Source: Octopus vulgaris (lineage: Eukaryota). From it: DNA of 64,000 nucleotides. The notes beneath the pieces were generated by a model, which was not told the origin of the DNA, did no database searches, and saw only the letters and a list, made by a program, of their open reading frames with translations. Position 1 is the first letter of the stretch. Each line of letters begins with the position of its first letter. The position numbers and the translations under genes were made by a program. The DNA is taken from positions 35,836,001 through 35,900,000 of the forward strand of contig OX597833.1 in assembly GCA_951406725.2 (NCBI GenBank), read 5' to 3'. Below are positions 28,195 to 42,419 of this stretch, piece by piece.

Positions 28195-28810
28195 TAAAGT
28201 TGAAAAGATGTACCTACCTTAAGATGGAGGTATATGACTGTCATAATGTGAGAGGAAATGACTGACATAATGTGAGAGAATGTGTATCATAAGATGGCAG
28301 GATGTCACTGTGCGTAAATTGAAAGAATTTGATTTTCGTATGGTGGAGACGTGATTGACGTTTGGCACATGTCTGTGTTTATTGTAAAGTTAATGTGACT
28401 GATGTAATGTCAAAAAATATAAGCGTCGTAAATATAGTGGCCGATGTAAGGTAAGAATATGTGACTGCCTTAGTTGGTAGAATGTGAGGTAAGGTGTGAG
28501 TTGGTAAGGTGAGAAGCTGACGTCGTTGTAAGGTCGGAGCTTCTGATTATGGAGAGGGAGGTATATCTGACTCATAAAGTGAAAGAATGCGACAGTCGTA
28601 AGGAGGTAAGATATGATTGTCGTAAAGTGGTAGCATGTGAGTGCTGCTAGTAAGAGGTTGCGACTGATGGGAAATGGAAGGATGCAACTGTCTTAAGATA
28701 AGTGAATGTGATAGCGATAAGATGGGAGGATGTAAGGTTGGAAGATGTAACTAGTATGAGGCAGGAAGATGTGGTTGTCGTAATTTTGGAGCTCGTAAAC
28801 GAGATGAGAG
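28195..28810. repeat. Degenerate ~24-bp minisatellite (consensus approx. gtaaggtggtaggatgtgactgtc)
   Basis: Recurring taaggt..gatgtgactg motifs at about 24-bp spacing. Confidence 0.65.
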
Positions 28811-29355
28811 TAGAATCTACAACGAAGGTTCAATACCCGGTAGAACCATGACTCTTCACTTGCTCTTCTTACGTGTAGTTTATGGAACCTACAAAGGTGT
28901 TTATATGAGGTTAATTGACTTGCTAGAAATAGCAGAGCAGCCACATCTCGAACCAAGCCACACGACCAAGTAACAACATAGACAAATGTAGTCCTAGGAG
29001 TATCCGAACAGTTGATTTGTTCATGATTTGTAAAGATTTTATTGAAATTTTTTGCAGTCTTGGTTGATCTGGAGCTAAACAACAAGAATGACAAAATAAG
29101 TATTTGATATAAATGCAAGACGAACAGCCTTCATCATCCTACTAGAACTATTCAGGTTGCAAAAGAAATATTTTGCCTCCGGTCAGTAAGTGTTATTTCC
29201 TATTTGCTTTTAACTACAAATCAAAGGAAATTACTACTATTCCCTTCAAACTTTGCTTTTGTGACCTGGACATCAATGTTTTCAAACTGATCTATTCTCC
29301 GTTGCATTTCAGACGGATTCAGCGCTGCGTTGCTGAAGCAGAAATATCATTATAT

Positions 29356-29510
29356 CAAATATTCTGCTCAGTACCACAGATTTGTTTGTCAGTTACCTGA
29401 TATTAACCACTTGAGCAAGTCCCTTAGTGGCTGACAATACGTGTATCTCTGATCATGTGCAGGAATAGTTGGAGAACATCATAGCTATGTGCCGCTTGGG
29501 GGTTTGAATA
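29356..29510 (+). mobile_element. Older partial copy of the 6511/7091 element
   Basis: caaatattctgctcagtaccacagatttg..tcccttagtggctgac..catcatagc is shared with both copies. Confidence 0.75.
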
Positions 29511-29739
29511 AATGTAACAAAAGCAAAGTGTGAAGGAAATATTAGCCATATTTCCATACTTTCTGGGACTAAGCAAATAGGAAAAACAGTTGCTACCCAA
29601 GGACAAAATCGTGTTACACAGTGTAATCTGCAGTTTTGTTTGTTCATCCATATTGATGTTTTCATAATACAATAGCATCTATGGTGCACCAACATCCGCT
29701 TACAGTTAGCAGAATATTTACATTTTCATAATTGTGAAG

Positions 29740-31450
29740 AAGGAAGCTGCTCAATATTCAGGTTATTTACTCGGACAGGTATCGACCAAAAGATGAAAAA
29801 AAAACATTGGAGAATACCAAGTACCATTGTACTTTGGTGATCATCTATTTACAATGCTTGAAAGTAATGGAAAAATATATGTGTAGAATGCCGTAGCTGC
29901 TTTGCAAAGAGTAGTTGATAGTATAATTATTGTTAATCATTTAAATGCAACTCTTGTTTACACTACTGAAGCTGTTGTGCGTGGAGCACGTATGGAAGAA
30001 CATAAGCAAAGTTTAGATAGGTTTAACAAAGCTATTAAAGACTACCAACTTACTTTAAGGTGTGATGAGTGTGAATATAACATGCCAACTTTCTAGGGTA
30101 CATTTCATATGGAACTTTAAAGCCATGTACAAATGGTTAGAAATACTAAGGAACTATCCTTTGCCTAATAAAGAACCTCATTTGAAAGGTTGATGAGAAA
30201 ATGTTTATATTATTATTGGTGGATTCCACTTTATTGAGATAAAGTAAAGTTTACCAATTTAGCATTACCTTTTTACAAAATCGCAAAAAAAGTGAATAGT
30301 CTCAAATCCTGTGTCCTTAAGACTACATACAGAATTAGTTAGGAATATGAAATATTTGTACTTGAAAACAGATACCTCTGGGGATGCCCAATCTGTTATG
30401 TTGCTGTAAAAGAAGCATCCTATATCAAATTTTCCACGAACTACACTTGAAATACTTTTGCATGGAATTGGAATTTCTAACAATTACTGAAAGTGACAGA
30501 AATTAGAGACATTAGTTAATTGCAAAACAGATGAACAGACCAAACGGCTTTTATTTTAATTTTCAACAAGCGTTCTTCAAGGAATAAAAGTAATTAATTG
30601 GTACGCTAACGATCGAGATTGTCTGAATAAACTTCTGGCAACGGAAAATGTCATCCTTTGTTTTTATATATTGTATTATTCTGCGAAATAAAGAATGTTG
30701 CTGATACTTTTTCCAGAATTTGTTTTGCTTCTTAATATTTTTCTTCCCTGTAATTTCTTGAACAACTTCGTGAACATAATGATAATTCCATCGATTTTAT
30801 CACTCGGTGAAATTCAAAAGTGTACTTTTCAACATAGATAAAGCAACTAAAGTGTGTGCCTTTTATAAAGAATGTGATTATATTAATCAACGTGTTTTGC
30901 CGAACAAAGTTAATACGTAAAATTGTGTATGAAATTTAGGAGGCTACAGTGTATGAAATTTAGGAGGCTGACGGAAGGAGTCGTTTTTGAGTGGTTATTG
31001 TCGATAATTACTCAAGGTATGTATTTATGTATCTATGTTCAGATATCAATAATGCTACAGTAATTAGATGATCGAATCAATCATTTATTTTTACTAACAA
31101 TCCAGCTGTACACATAGTGACTGAAGATCTTAGATTTTGTCTTTAAAATATGTTATTTTTAAAAGAAAACAAAATTGGGAATAAATTGCAAATTCCTCAA
31201 GAAAGCGGTCAATCTGAACGATATAATGATACATAGCGTAAAATTTATACAATTACTACTGACTGCACACCAAATGAAGGAGAATTTTCTAAAGAAGTAC
31301 AACAAATGTAGAAATTAATCCTGATCTGATCAGGCCTGGAAATATGCTCATCATTCAAAAATAGCTCCTTTGGCTGAAGAAGTTCAGTTGCTAAAGGCCA
31401 ATCTATATTATGCAACTTTTAGATTTAATGCAAGACAAAAAGTATATACC
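29740..31450 (+). mobile_element. Highly decayed Gypsy-type LTR retrotransposon pol remnant
   Basis: LQRVVDSII..EEHKQSLDRF..LTL..C..FLGY (RT), TDTSG (RNase H), PQESGQSERYN (integrase) and EVQLLKAN, in Gypsy domain order. No LTRs recognised. Confidence 0.65.
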
Positions 31451-33420
31451 ATAAATCGCTCGCACATTGTGGTATCTTGATTTATTTCACCTAAAAATTT
31501 TAAAATAAATTACAAGAAAATAAAATCTGAAGATAAAATTATTTCGTTGCCCCTACTCTTCATAATTCATTTTCGTTTTTTTAAATATTAATGTGAATCC
31601 GCGCAGCTGATAATGTTTTACGTTGCGCATCCATCTCAATGCTCGGATCGCTAAGCTGTATAGAATATTACAAAATGTGAAATCTTTTGTCGTAAGTGTG
31701 TGTATATGTTTATGTTTTAATAATATTATCAGACACAGTGCACAAGCGCCAGCTGAAAAATTAAATAAAAATCGACAACAGGAATGGCAACAGACTCTAA
31801 TTACTGAATAAGACTTTTCGAAATATTCTTGTCTACACAAGTTTGGCCTTTCTGGAATTCTATAACTTAATCACATAGCAATTTTTTTTAGAAAAAATTT
31901 TTTCATTGCACAATCAACCACCTTTTATACAGGATCAGACTGAAATTATTATTCATTGCCCTTTACAACAGTCTCTCAAGGGAATTCTCGTTTCCTTTAA
32001 ATTATTTACATTCACTACATTAAGACAATGATATATAACATCTTCACTCCCTCTACTACCAGCCCTTTACTTTGTCTCGCTACTTGTTCTTCACAATATA
32101 ATTAAACAAAGACAACTTTCAATGTTTCATTGATGCTACTATAAGTTCTGTTAAAAGCGAAATAAAGTGCACATTTGTAGCATTCTGCTCTGATAGACTC
32201 CCAATTATATTATGTATATATGTGTGTGCGTGTGTTTGTGCATGTGTGCGTTTTAGGAGTGGTGCCGAGAGCGCTGCTGTAACAGGTAAACCAGTACAAC
32301 CTGTTACATGATTGCTCTGTCACCCTCACCGAGCGAACCGGATAAAGTGGCTGATGGAGTACCGAAAAGGAAAAAAAAATGATATTTATCAAAGGGCCAG
32401 CGACTTTTCAACAATAATTTGGTAGTTTAGAATTACCGGATTGGTCACAGTCATGTCTTATGACCATTATGACCGCTTAACCCCTTTAAATGTCTCGTCA
32501 AAGCACGTCTCTAGCAGATTATTCCAAAATAAAACCAGGGGTAACGCCGTTCGTAGCAGTACACAAAGATCCAATTTTTCTGCAATGGATTCTTTCTGAT
32601 ATTGCGGCTAGTTTTGTACATATACACTATAAGCAAACCATCATCGGTAGTCAAATGAGCCCTGTCTTAGTACTTTGCCATTCCTAGTGTACACAGATCC
32701 AATGGCGATAAAATAATGATAACGAAGAAAAATGAACAAGTCAAGTTGCTTGACAACACTCCCACATGCTCAAATTGTGATCCAATGAGCAACTCTTTCG
32801 TGGCATTAGCGTCTCACAAGTGACATGAAGATAAGAAGAAAAATGTCTCTACCGAACTTTTAGACATTTATACACCTAAACCGACGAAATGTATTCGTAT
32901 GTGATTGTATGTTTGTGTGTGTCCACAGCGAAAATACTTAGCTTTCATAACCCCGCTTCACTTAGTTGTGACTTCAGCTCCTACCCGCCATGTCAAATAA
33001 AGAGGGGTACCTTTATGCGTTTTCTGAATCAACAAGGAATAGCACTATATATTTTTTCAAATCATCTACTGTCTCAAAAAATTGATATGCTGGATAATGT
33101 AGTTCTAGCTACTTTGTGTCTCTTGGGATCATATGGTCTGAAATACCTTTTGCCACAAGCTTGAGGGAACAGGGCTCATCTGATTAATCCTATTACTACT
33201 ACAGCAAACCACACTTATTAATTATGCTCACTTAGCAAATACTTAGCCTCCTCTACGCTCGACCTACAAAAAATTACAACAAAACTTCTCTAAAAAGCAT
33301 ACTATGCTCTCTTCAAAAAAGGTTGATGAAAGAAACCGCAAGTTGAAGCATCCACAAGTCCAAACCAGCGGACAATGACCATCATGAGGCTGACTTCCTC
33401 TCTAACAAATCGTTGATTAA

Positions 33421-33556
33421 CCCTTTGAGCTCGTAACACCGGTTTACCGGTGGATGGGTTATTTTTCTATATACCGTAGCACCGTTCTACCAGTGGGGCG
33501 CATCAGGAAGCCAGGTATATGGTCAAATGAAGTTCAGGCGGTCAGAGCCCAAAGGG
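33421..33556. mobile_element. piggyBac-type MITE (136 bp)
   Basis: TTAA on both sides (33417-33420, 33557-33560); TIR ccctttgagctc / gagcccaaaggg (11/12 match). Confidence 0.8.
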
Positions 33557-33615
33557 TTAAGGCAAAGTGTTTGTTACTGTTTGCTTCTGAACCGGACATG
33601 ATACTTGCCATACCT

Positions 33616-33820
33616 ATTTCTTTACTACCCACAAGGGGCTAAACACAGAGAGGACAAACAAGGACAGACAAACGGATTAAGTCGATTACATCGACCCCAG
33701 TACGCAACTGGATGAATGGCAAAGTCGACCTCGGCGGAATTTGAACTCAGAACGTAGTGGCAGACGAAATACCGCTAAGCATTTCGCCCGGCGTGCTAAC
33801 GTTTCTGCCAGCTCGCCGCC
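33616..33820 (-). mobile_element. SINE family B with 15-bp TSD
   Basis: Reverse complement of the 20997 copy with an internal deletion; TSD atacttgccatacct at 33601-33615 and 33828-33842. Confidence 0.88.
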
Positions 33821-33995
33821 TTATTCAATACTTGCCATACCTTACCAACTAATCAGTCACTGATTACCTTTTTTCATCTTTGCATTTTCTCCATTGTGCC
33901 TGCTTCTGTAGATATTTCCCATAGTAATAGGACAAGACACAGACACATACATGCATGCATAAACACACAAACACACACACACGCACACACACATA

Positions 33996-34385
33996 GGCGC
34001 GGGTATGGATGTGTGGTAAGGAGCTTGCTTCCTAACCACATGGTTCCGGATTCAGTCCCACTGCATGGCACATTAGGTATTTCCTACTATAGTCACGGGT
34101 CGATCAAAGTCTTGTAAGTGGATTTGGTAGATGGAAACTGAAAGAAGCCCATCGTATATATGTCTATGTGTGTGTTTTTGTGTCTGTGTTTGTTCCCCCT
34201 GCATCGCCGTTTGACAACAGGTGCCGGTGTGTTTAAATCACCGTAACTTAGCAGTTCGGCAAAAGACACTGATTGAATAAGTTAGGCTTTAACAAAATAT
34301 GTCCTGGGGTCGATTTGTTTGACGAAAACCCTTTAAGGTGGTGAGCATGGCCGCAGTAAAATGACTGAAACAAGTAAAAGAATAG
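33996..34385 (+). mobile_element. SINE family A, full length, diverged
   Basis: Colinear with 40831-41245. Confidence 0.85.
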
Positions 34386-34799
34386 AAGGATATATGTTTG
34401 TGCGCACCGCGCACGCGTGTATGTGTGTGCATGTTTACCTGAACAATGCAAATGTTGGAAACTTTTGAATCAGTTAAGTGAAGCTCATTTGTCCCCCTCA
34501 TTTGACTACAGCCAGATTCTCAAGCTGGAGATATAGCTGTGAGGTGAAATGCAGTTTGGTGTTTATATATTTTGCAAAGATATTAGCGATATATACAAAG
34601 AAAACCGCTAAGAACCAATTATTGAAACCAGATCGTGAACACAGCCAGAGGCAAGCTTAGTTCATACTATACAACTCTTGCTATGTACTAAATACTGAAG
34701 AAAATAACAAACAAAAACGTGTATATTCTTTTATGAAATTATAATTTTATTCGATACGTAAAATAAATCAAAAACCGCTTTCATGTGTCCATTGCTTTA

Positions 34800-35700
34800 G
34801 TTGAATAGTGTCCTTCACTTTATACCACCACGATCAAATGTCCACCGTGGTTATCAGATAAGTACTTTGTCTGACAAATGTCTGACCTTGTGTCAAGTGC
34901 TCGTAATGACTATTAAATATCCATCACCACGGCCAACTGTTTACCGTCACTGCCCAATTCCCACTTCCTCCGTGAAATTTTCACCATTGCTTTTAAATGT
35001 CCACCGCATCGGTTAAAAGTCTAACACACTAGTCAAATTTACTCAAAACCCTTGTTTTGACAAATTTTATAAACAATAGTAACAGACGACCTAAATTCCT
35101 CTATTTCTGTCAAATATCCTACCGTCAAGTATCTTTCATTACACCCTAAAGTCCTCCATTATTGACTAGTACCTTCCAACACTAAGGTTTCTGCTCCAGT
35201 AATCAAATGTGAAGGATACTTAAATATTAAAGGTTAAAACTTTAATATTTAAATGTCCTTCACTATTGTCAAAAGTACACAACCTTCTTGATTTCTGTTA
35301 TACGTTCATTATTTTTCTGAATACTCTCTACTACTATTAAAAGTACTACACTATCAAATGTAAATGTATATTGCCATTGTCAAACAGCTTCCACATGTAA
35401 ATGACATCCATCGCTCTCGAATGACATCAACCATTATTTAATGATCTCCAATACTGGAGCTATGGCATAGGCACATATGAAATAAGTCCTTTGACTAACA
35501 TAAAGTATACATACACGTACATTATATCATTCAGAATGCAAATGGAAAACGCACTTGAAATAGTTACATTTGAACTCTAATCTACAATGCATGATTATAT
35601 TATAGATATTGATGTATAATGTGTCCGGCCTTCTATTAAATGCTCATATCCACTGTTAAATACCAATCACTTCCGCCAAATGGACAATTTCATATAAAAC
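34800..35700. repeat. Degenerate ~20-bp minisatellite (approx. tgtcaaatgtccttcactat)
   Basis: Recurring tcaaatgtcc-like motifs. Confidence 0.55.
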
Positions 35701-36579
35701 CTAACAGTTGCAAACCACGACGTCGATATGGTGCAAGAAAGATATTTAGTATCTACATTTTTAAGTGGGTACAGCTCTAAATAGGGAGAGTACTATTGGG
35801 AAGTTTCATAGTTTATATTATCAATGCCTATCACCAGCATAGTTGCTATATCACTGAACAGTGTTTCATTAACTTGTAGTTTTGTTTGTTTTATATATAT
35901 ATATATATATATTTATGTGTATGTGTGTGTGTGTGTATGCGTGTAAGTATATATACATATATATGATTTTATACATATTTATTTGAGAGACGACAACCGT
36001 CATTGCCATTGTTCGGGCAAGAAAACTTTAGTGGGGAACCCAATAACTTACAATTCCACAATTTCGTACATAAAAAAATTTGGCATATCTTATTTCATAC
36101 AAAACGTAGAAAGTCAGTTAAAATTATCTCCGTATATGTAAGCCATATGAAACTGACCCGTTCACTAAAAAGGACAGCTTTTATGCAACATGTTTATATA
36201 TATATATATCTTTATGTATATATATATATATGCATATATGTATGTATGTGTGTATATATGCATGTATATTATATAACAAGTAAAATAGCTAGTTCTAAAA
36301 TCTCTATAAGAGATGCAAGTAGTAACTCTGCTGAAGTGGCAACAAACATTACTTTATATATATATATACACACACACATATATATATAAAGCTATCACTA
36401 AAGTGTTACCTATGCCATTCTGCAAACGCATAGCACGATCCTACCATTACAAGTATAAAGCAGTTTTATATTCTTTGTGTATAAAAATCAGCTTATCAAA
36501 AATGTGTGACTTGGTTTTCATTAACAGCACAAATTATTCACCTCTGACATAAACATATTGCAATATGTTTTTCACTTAC

Positions 36580-36669
36580 CTGACAAAAACATTGATCATT
36601 TACGAACCTTATGAATAACTGCTTTCGTGACAAGATTATAAAATTGAGCATTGCTGTTGAGATGTGAGG
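36580..36669 (-). other. Candidate exon (90 nt)
   Basis: Acceptor ttgttccag, consensus donor CAG|GTAAGT. Confidence 0.35.
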
Positions 36670-39399
36670 CTGGAACAATTTTTGTGTGTCTAACTTAATC
36701 GAACGGTCGAATTGCTGGTTTCATGTTTTCGCCTTTATCTGGAACGATTCGAAAAGAAAAAAAAAACCTAAATTAAAAAGTTTGTTCAGAACTATTCTCT
36801 ATATAATGATTACTCCGTTTGACAAATATCTACGAGTTTGTGGAGAAGAGAGTATAATCGATTCTGTTGACTCCTATCATATCTACTCAGCATGGCCTTT
36901 CGATCTGTCTGTAGGATTTAAACTGAGTGCGTAATGAGACGTCACTAAATATTGCGTAGTATTTTATCTGAAGCTCTTTCATTTTCGCCACTATTCCATA
37001 TCTGGCTTCACTATAATGGTTCATTTTAATGGTTTATTACCTAAATTACTAAAACATTTAGCAACCAAATGAGATCAACCACTCAGGTGATAGCAACTGA
37101 GTTAAGATGCAATTGAGGAAGACTGTAGAATATCACATTAAGTGAATATAGCACATCATTTATCATGTTTTCTCACCCAAAGATACATTTACTTTGAGTG
37201 GTATATTGAATTTGAGTAGAAGTCATTTTGTCGTTTTGTTTAGCACGGCTCTCACCACGACTTCCCGCCCTTTTGATGAGTTTCTGTGGCGTTTCTTGAA
37301 AGAACTCGGAGCAAATCCCTGGGATTAAGAACTAAGGTCAACTTCTTCCCTTCTTTCCACTACATATAGGAGTCTCTAGAAAGGGTTATAGGTACAACCC
37401 TCCTTTCTCTGACTGAGCCATGGAAAAGTATCACATGGTCTAAAAATTCTTGAAACCTCAATGAGTGCATGCAGATACGTAGTACCTACTCAGTGAGACA
37501 GAGATTGTACTAATAAATGATGGGTAAAATAAACCCAATAATTAAATATGCTGAAATATACAGAAACATATGAGTGATTTAAAAGGGTTAAAGAAGGCCA
37601 GAGCGTGTGGAACACGTAAAATAAAGATGCCACAGATGTTAGGTATTTCTATACCTTATAGAATGGAATTGGTACTTACAGCAAACAATGTCAACAGACG
37701 AAAGACAACCAGCAAGCACCTAGTAATCAACTTTAGAGTCGAAATGAAAATCACTAAGTTGAGAAATGGTTTTGCAATAATACAGGAAATTAACACAATG
37801 AATGCAAGTGTATAATTATCTGATGATGGACTCACATCAATTTAAAAGAGACATAATAAGATGCACTAACTAGAAGAGATGATAAAACTAAACAACCAAA
37901 GAGCGAAAGTATCAGGATAGACTGAAATTATATCCTATCAACCAGATATTTAAATGATATGCAAATTCATTCAACTGAGAGTTCAACCGGAAACAGATAA
38001 ACATTAGTATTTCATCTAATATCCAAGTAACATTTGAGATGTGTTATAGTATATACAGTAAAAAAAAAACATTTAAAAAGAATCTTCAAAAAATCTGTTC
38101 TGATCGAAGTGTCTTCAATGTTATCGGATCCCCATGAAAAATTTGATGCACACACCGGATATTAAACACCAATTAATTTTAAAAAATGAAGTTTAATGTA
38201 TTCACTATACACCACATACCCTTTGTTTAAGAAACATGAACCATTATGTATACACCATCATATACACCAGTTGAAGGTATAGTTGTGTAAATATACATTA
38301 TAAACGTTATCTTATACACTTGTTGAGTGAAAAGAATGAACATTTATCTATATACATTAACCATACATTATACACGAGTCAGCTGAGTACAAAATGACAC
38401 TTTCCTTGGGCAACCTTTTGTTGAATGGCAAGTAGAAGTAAAGCACATGCTTCTCGGGCAACCATCCTTATACCTACAGGTTTATAAATAACTCTGTAGG
38501 TGTAACCAAAATCATAGCTGTTGGAGATTGAAGACAAATGTGGGAAGAAACTATATTTGCACTATATAAATAATACACATCATGTACTTACCATAGGGAA
38601 ATGCCTTATAAAGGCTTATTCCTTCTACAGGGAATATTTGCTGGTTTCTCACCGTTTCCATTTAGTACCCTTTGCTATATTTGTATTGATTCATACACAC
38701 GTATATTTCTTAGTCTTTGTATACGTGTGAGTTTGTTTACAACTCAGGATTGGTTGAATTTTTGTTGACGTCAAAGATAGAGACACAGTAAAAGACAATT
38801 ACAAATATGTGGTTACATAGTTGTGTGTGTCTGTGTGTGTGTGCGTGTGTGTGTGTGTGTGTATTCATGTATTTGTGTGATGGAATGAGTGTGAGTGTAT
38901 TTCATGTACAATTTGACACAATAAACACACAAATATATATACATATCTACAGAGAAACATGCATACATTACCACAAGGGATACTACCCGCGTAGCTTAAT
39001 TTTCTTCTTTTTCCTTGCTAAAGCAACATATATACTCATACACTGTTATTGAGTGCATTCGTATTACATTTGGAAGAAAGCAAAATGTTTAAGAAGGAAT
39101 AAATGAATCCCTATTGAAACCTACCGACATATTACAGCTGACTATAATTTGTAAAGTGTCTACATAGTTCATTGTAGTCAGGAGGGATATTTCATCTTAA
39201 GGCTACTCATACATAAAGTTAAGAGGACAAGATTCATTCCATCAGCTTTGAGCAGTGGATTGTCATGCGTTAGACAGAGAGAAAAACATATTTCAGACTA
39301 AGCGTTTTACAACGAGATGGTCAGTGAAAGGTAACAATGACGGCTGCTGTTCATTAACAATTAGCTTTAAAACTGAAAATTACATAAATGATGGTTTCA

Positions 39400-39605
39400 A
39401 ATTTTGGCACAAGGCCAGCGATTTCGGGACGGGGGAGATAACTCAACCAGATCGACCTCAGTGCTTAACTGATCTTTATTTTATCGACCCCGAGAGTTTG
39501 AAAGGCAAAGTCGGCTTCCGTGGAATTTGAACTCAGAACACGAAGACGGACGAAATACCGCTAAACAATTTTTCCCGGCGTGATAACGAGTCTGCCAGTT
39601 CGTCG
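39400..39605 (-). mobile_element. SINE family B-related, diverged
   Basis: gaaaggcaaagtcgg..ggaatttgaactcagaac..gacgaaataccgctaa; similar degraded copies at about 8050-8170 and 60540-60745. Confidence 0.75.
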
Positions 39606-39759
39606 ATATTCAAATGGATAAAAAATTATTTGCTTTAAGGTAACTGATCTCAAGTTCCCAAATACAGAAGTTCAACGAGAGCTCTGCTACAAAACTGATT
39701 CATGACTGAAAATGAGACTAAGCTGCATGATTTTCACATAGAACCTTCAACACAAATGT

Positions 39760-40220
39760 TCATCAAATTGGGAAAATAAAAACGAATAAATTTCATTTTT
39801 CACATACCTGGAAGGAAAATTCCAGATATGCACATACAGCTGACTGAAGCAAAGAATGATGGGAAAATTGCAGTGGTAGTTTCCTCTTCGTGTATTGCTG
39901 ACATTAATACCGCCTAATCTAAACAGCTTACAGTGCATTTAAAATGTCATTAAAACATCAAAATTGTTGACACACCAAGAACAGCAAAAATGCTAAAGCG
40001 GTGGCTATGATAATTTGGGATGGGTGTACTATACTCAATGAAGTTGCTTTTGAGGTTTTGAATTGCGTTGTTAAGGATATTAAAGAAGATAAATTCTACT
40101 TTTGTCGGGATAACAATCGTCTTAGCAGGAAGTGGCTAGAACTGTGCACACCTAATTTCCCAAAAATCTTTCTAGAATTGGATCCAAGGATGGTACAAAT
40201 GCCTGGTTTGTAATGGAGAC
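39760..40220 (+). mobile_element. Helitron Pif1-like helicase remnant
   Basis: AVVVSSSCIA (cf. AVASSGIAA) and MIIWDGCTILNEVAFEVLNCVVKDI (cf. LIIWDECTM..EALDR.L.DI). Confidence 0.65.
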
Positions 40221-40353
40221 TATGTTGTGTAGTACCTGTTTAGAGGAACAGTCATACCACCAGCATGTGCAATTTGAACCCCCGATGTCAGCTTACAAAA
40301 AAGTTGTATCCAGCTATGTATTGTTTTCCAGAATAAACTACGTATATAAATTT

Positions 40354-40450
<97 letters not shown>

Positions 40451-40506
40451 CACACACATACATATATATTACACACACACACACACACATACATACATAC
40501 ATATGT

Positions 40507-40549
<43 letters not shown>

Positions 40550-40830
40550 CACGCGTGTGTGTGCTTGTGCCTGTGTCTCTTTTGTCTGTTTTTTTCCCCA
40601 CCTCCGCTTAAGCAGCTGGTGTTGGTGTATTAATGACCCCGTAACTTAGCGGTTCTGCAACGTACCGGTTGAATAAGTAAAACACTTTTTAAAAAATAAG
40701 TAAAGAGATCGAATGGTTTGACTAAAATTATTTAAGGCGCTGCCTAAGCATGACGGCGGCCTAATGACTGAAACAACTAAAAGATAAAAGATATACACGT
40801 ATATAATATGAATGTATGTATGTATATATA

Positions 40831-41245
40831 GGCGCAGGAGTGGCTGTGTGGTAAGTAGCTTGCTTACCAACCACATGGTTCCGGGTTCAGTCCCATTGCG
40901 TGGCATCTTGGGCAAGTGTCTTCTGCTATAGCCCCGGGCCGACCAATGCCTTGTGAGTGGATTTGGTAGACAGAAACTGAAAGAAGCCTGTCGTATATAT
41001 GTATATATATATATATGTATGTTTGTGTGTGTTTGTGTGTCTGTGTTTGTCCCCCTAGCATTGCTTGACAACTTATGCTGGTGTGTTTACGTCCCTGTCA
41101 CTTATCGGTTCGGCAAAAGAGACCGATAGAATAAGTACTGGACTTACAAAGAATAAGTCCCGGGGTCGATTTGCTCGACTAAAGGCGGTGCTCCAGCATG
41201 GCCGCAGTCAAATGACTGAAACAAGTAAAAGAGTAAAAGAGAAAG
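40831..41245 (+). mobile_element. SINE family A, full length (tRNA-derived head, internal TA/TG tract, LINE-like tail)
   Basis: A box tggctgtgtgg, B box ggttcagtccc, tail ggcggtgctccagcatggccgcagtcaaatgactgaaac(aagtaaaaga)n. A 3'-half copy lies directly upstream (~40545-40790). Confidence 0.9.
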
Positions 41246-41684
41246 AGTAATATATATATATTTACAACCTGTTGTCTTAAAGGTCATCGCTAGGCATGTA
41301 AAACCTTTGCCTACGTCTTGTCTGACTATATAAAACGTAATGAGTAACAACACCATTTTAGCTGCAGCAAACTGAATGCTGTTAGGTGTTGTCTCATTTA
41401 CTTTTATGCACATTTTTCTAAGCGCCTTCAGTTTCCACTGTATTAGCCAAAATCATTATAGCTTCCATATTATTTTTGGCATTCAGTTCACAGTTTTGGA
41501 TAATTATGTCTGCACCTTCACTTGTATTCATTTCAAATCTTTTCACTCATTTTTGGCATGTTGTATCTAGACTCACCCATTGACATACACATTCTTGAAT
41601 TTTATTCTTTTCTCTTTTTTATTTGTGAGCGTTCTTCTCATTTCGTTATTTCACTGCACTACTGAGTAGAGCTCTATACGTCTC

Positions 41685-41726
<42 letters not shown>

Positions 41727-41830
41727 TGCGTTTGATGTTAGTTTTTGTATTTCATATGGTATTGAGAGTACGTTAAATAGAATATATACAAACTCTAGTA
41801 ATCTTTTCTTTATTTTATATTTATATAATA

Positions 41831-41995
41831 GGCGTAGGAGTGGCTGTGTGGTAAGTAGCTTGCTTACCAACCACATGGTTCCAGGTTCAGTGCCGCTGCG
41901 TGACACCTTGGGCAAGTGTCTTCTACTATAGCCTAAGGCCGACCAACGCTTTGTGAGTGGATTTGGTAGACAGAAACTGCAAGTAGCCCGTCGTA

Positions 41996-42070
<75 letters not shown>

Positions 42071-42290
42071 TTGTGTATCTGTGTTTGTCCCTCCCACCAA
42101 CATCTCTTGACAACCGATTCTGGTGTGTTTACATCCCCGTAACTTAGCAATTCGGCAAAAGAGACCGATAGAATAAGTACTAGGCTTATAAAGAATAAGT
42201 CCTGGGGTCGATTTGCTCGAATTAAAAGGCGGTGCTCCAGCATGGCCACAGTCAAATGACTGAAACAAGTAAAAGAGTAAAAGAGAGTAA
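41831..42290 (+). mobile_element. SINE family A, full length
   Basis: Colinear with 40831-41245. Confidence 0.9.
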
Positions 42291-42419
42291 AGCGTGTACA
42301 TGTAAGTTATGCGGTTTTGTTATTGTATGTATTTATCTGAATTTAAAATTCTTGATGGACCAGCAGTTACACAACTGTTTGCTGTTTTCAGTCCCTGTAT
42401 TCGTGTTACCTTTATTTTC

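Noticed and set aside
28195-28810. CRISPR-like array
   Set aside because: Degenerate contiguous minisatellite with no constant repeat/unique spacer structure; eukaryotic context.
30925-30969. Direct repeat gtgtatgaaatttaggaggct x2
   Set aside because: Simple local tandem duplication inside the decayed Gypsy remnant.
40831-40905. tRNA gene
   Set aside because: The A/B boxes belong to a multicopy SINE head followed by SINE body; no complete cloverleaf.
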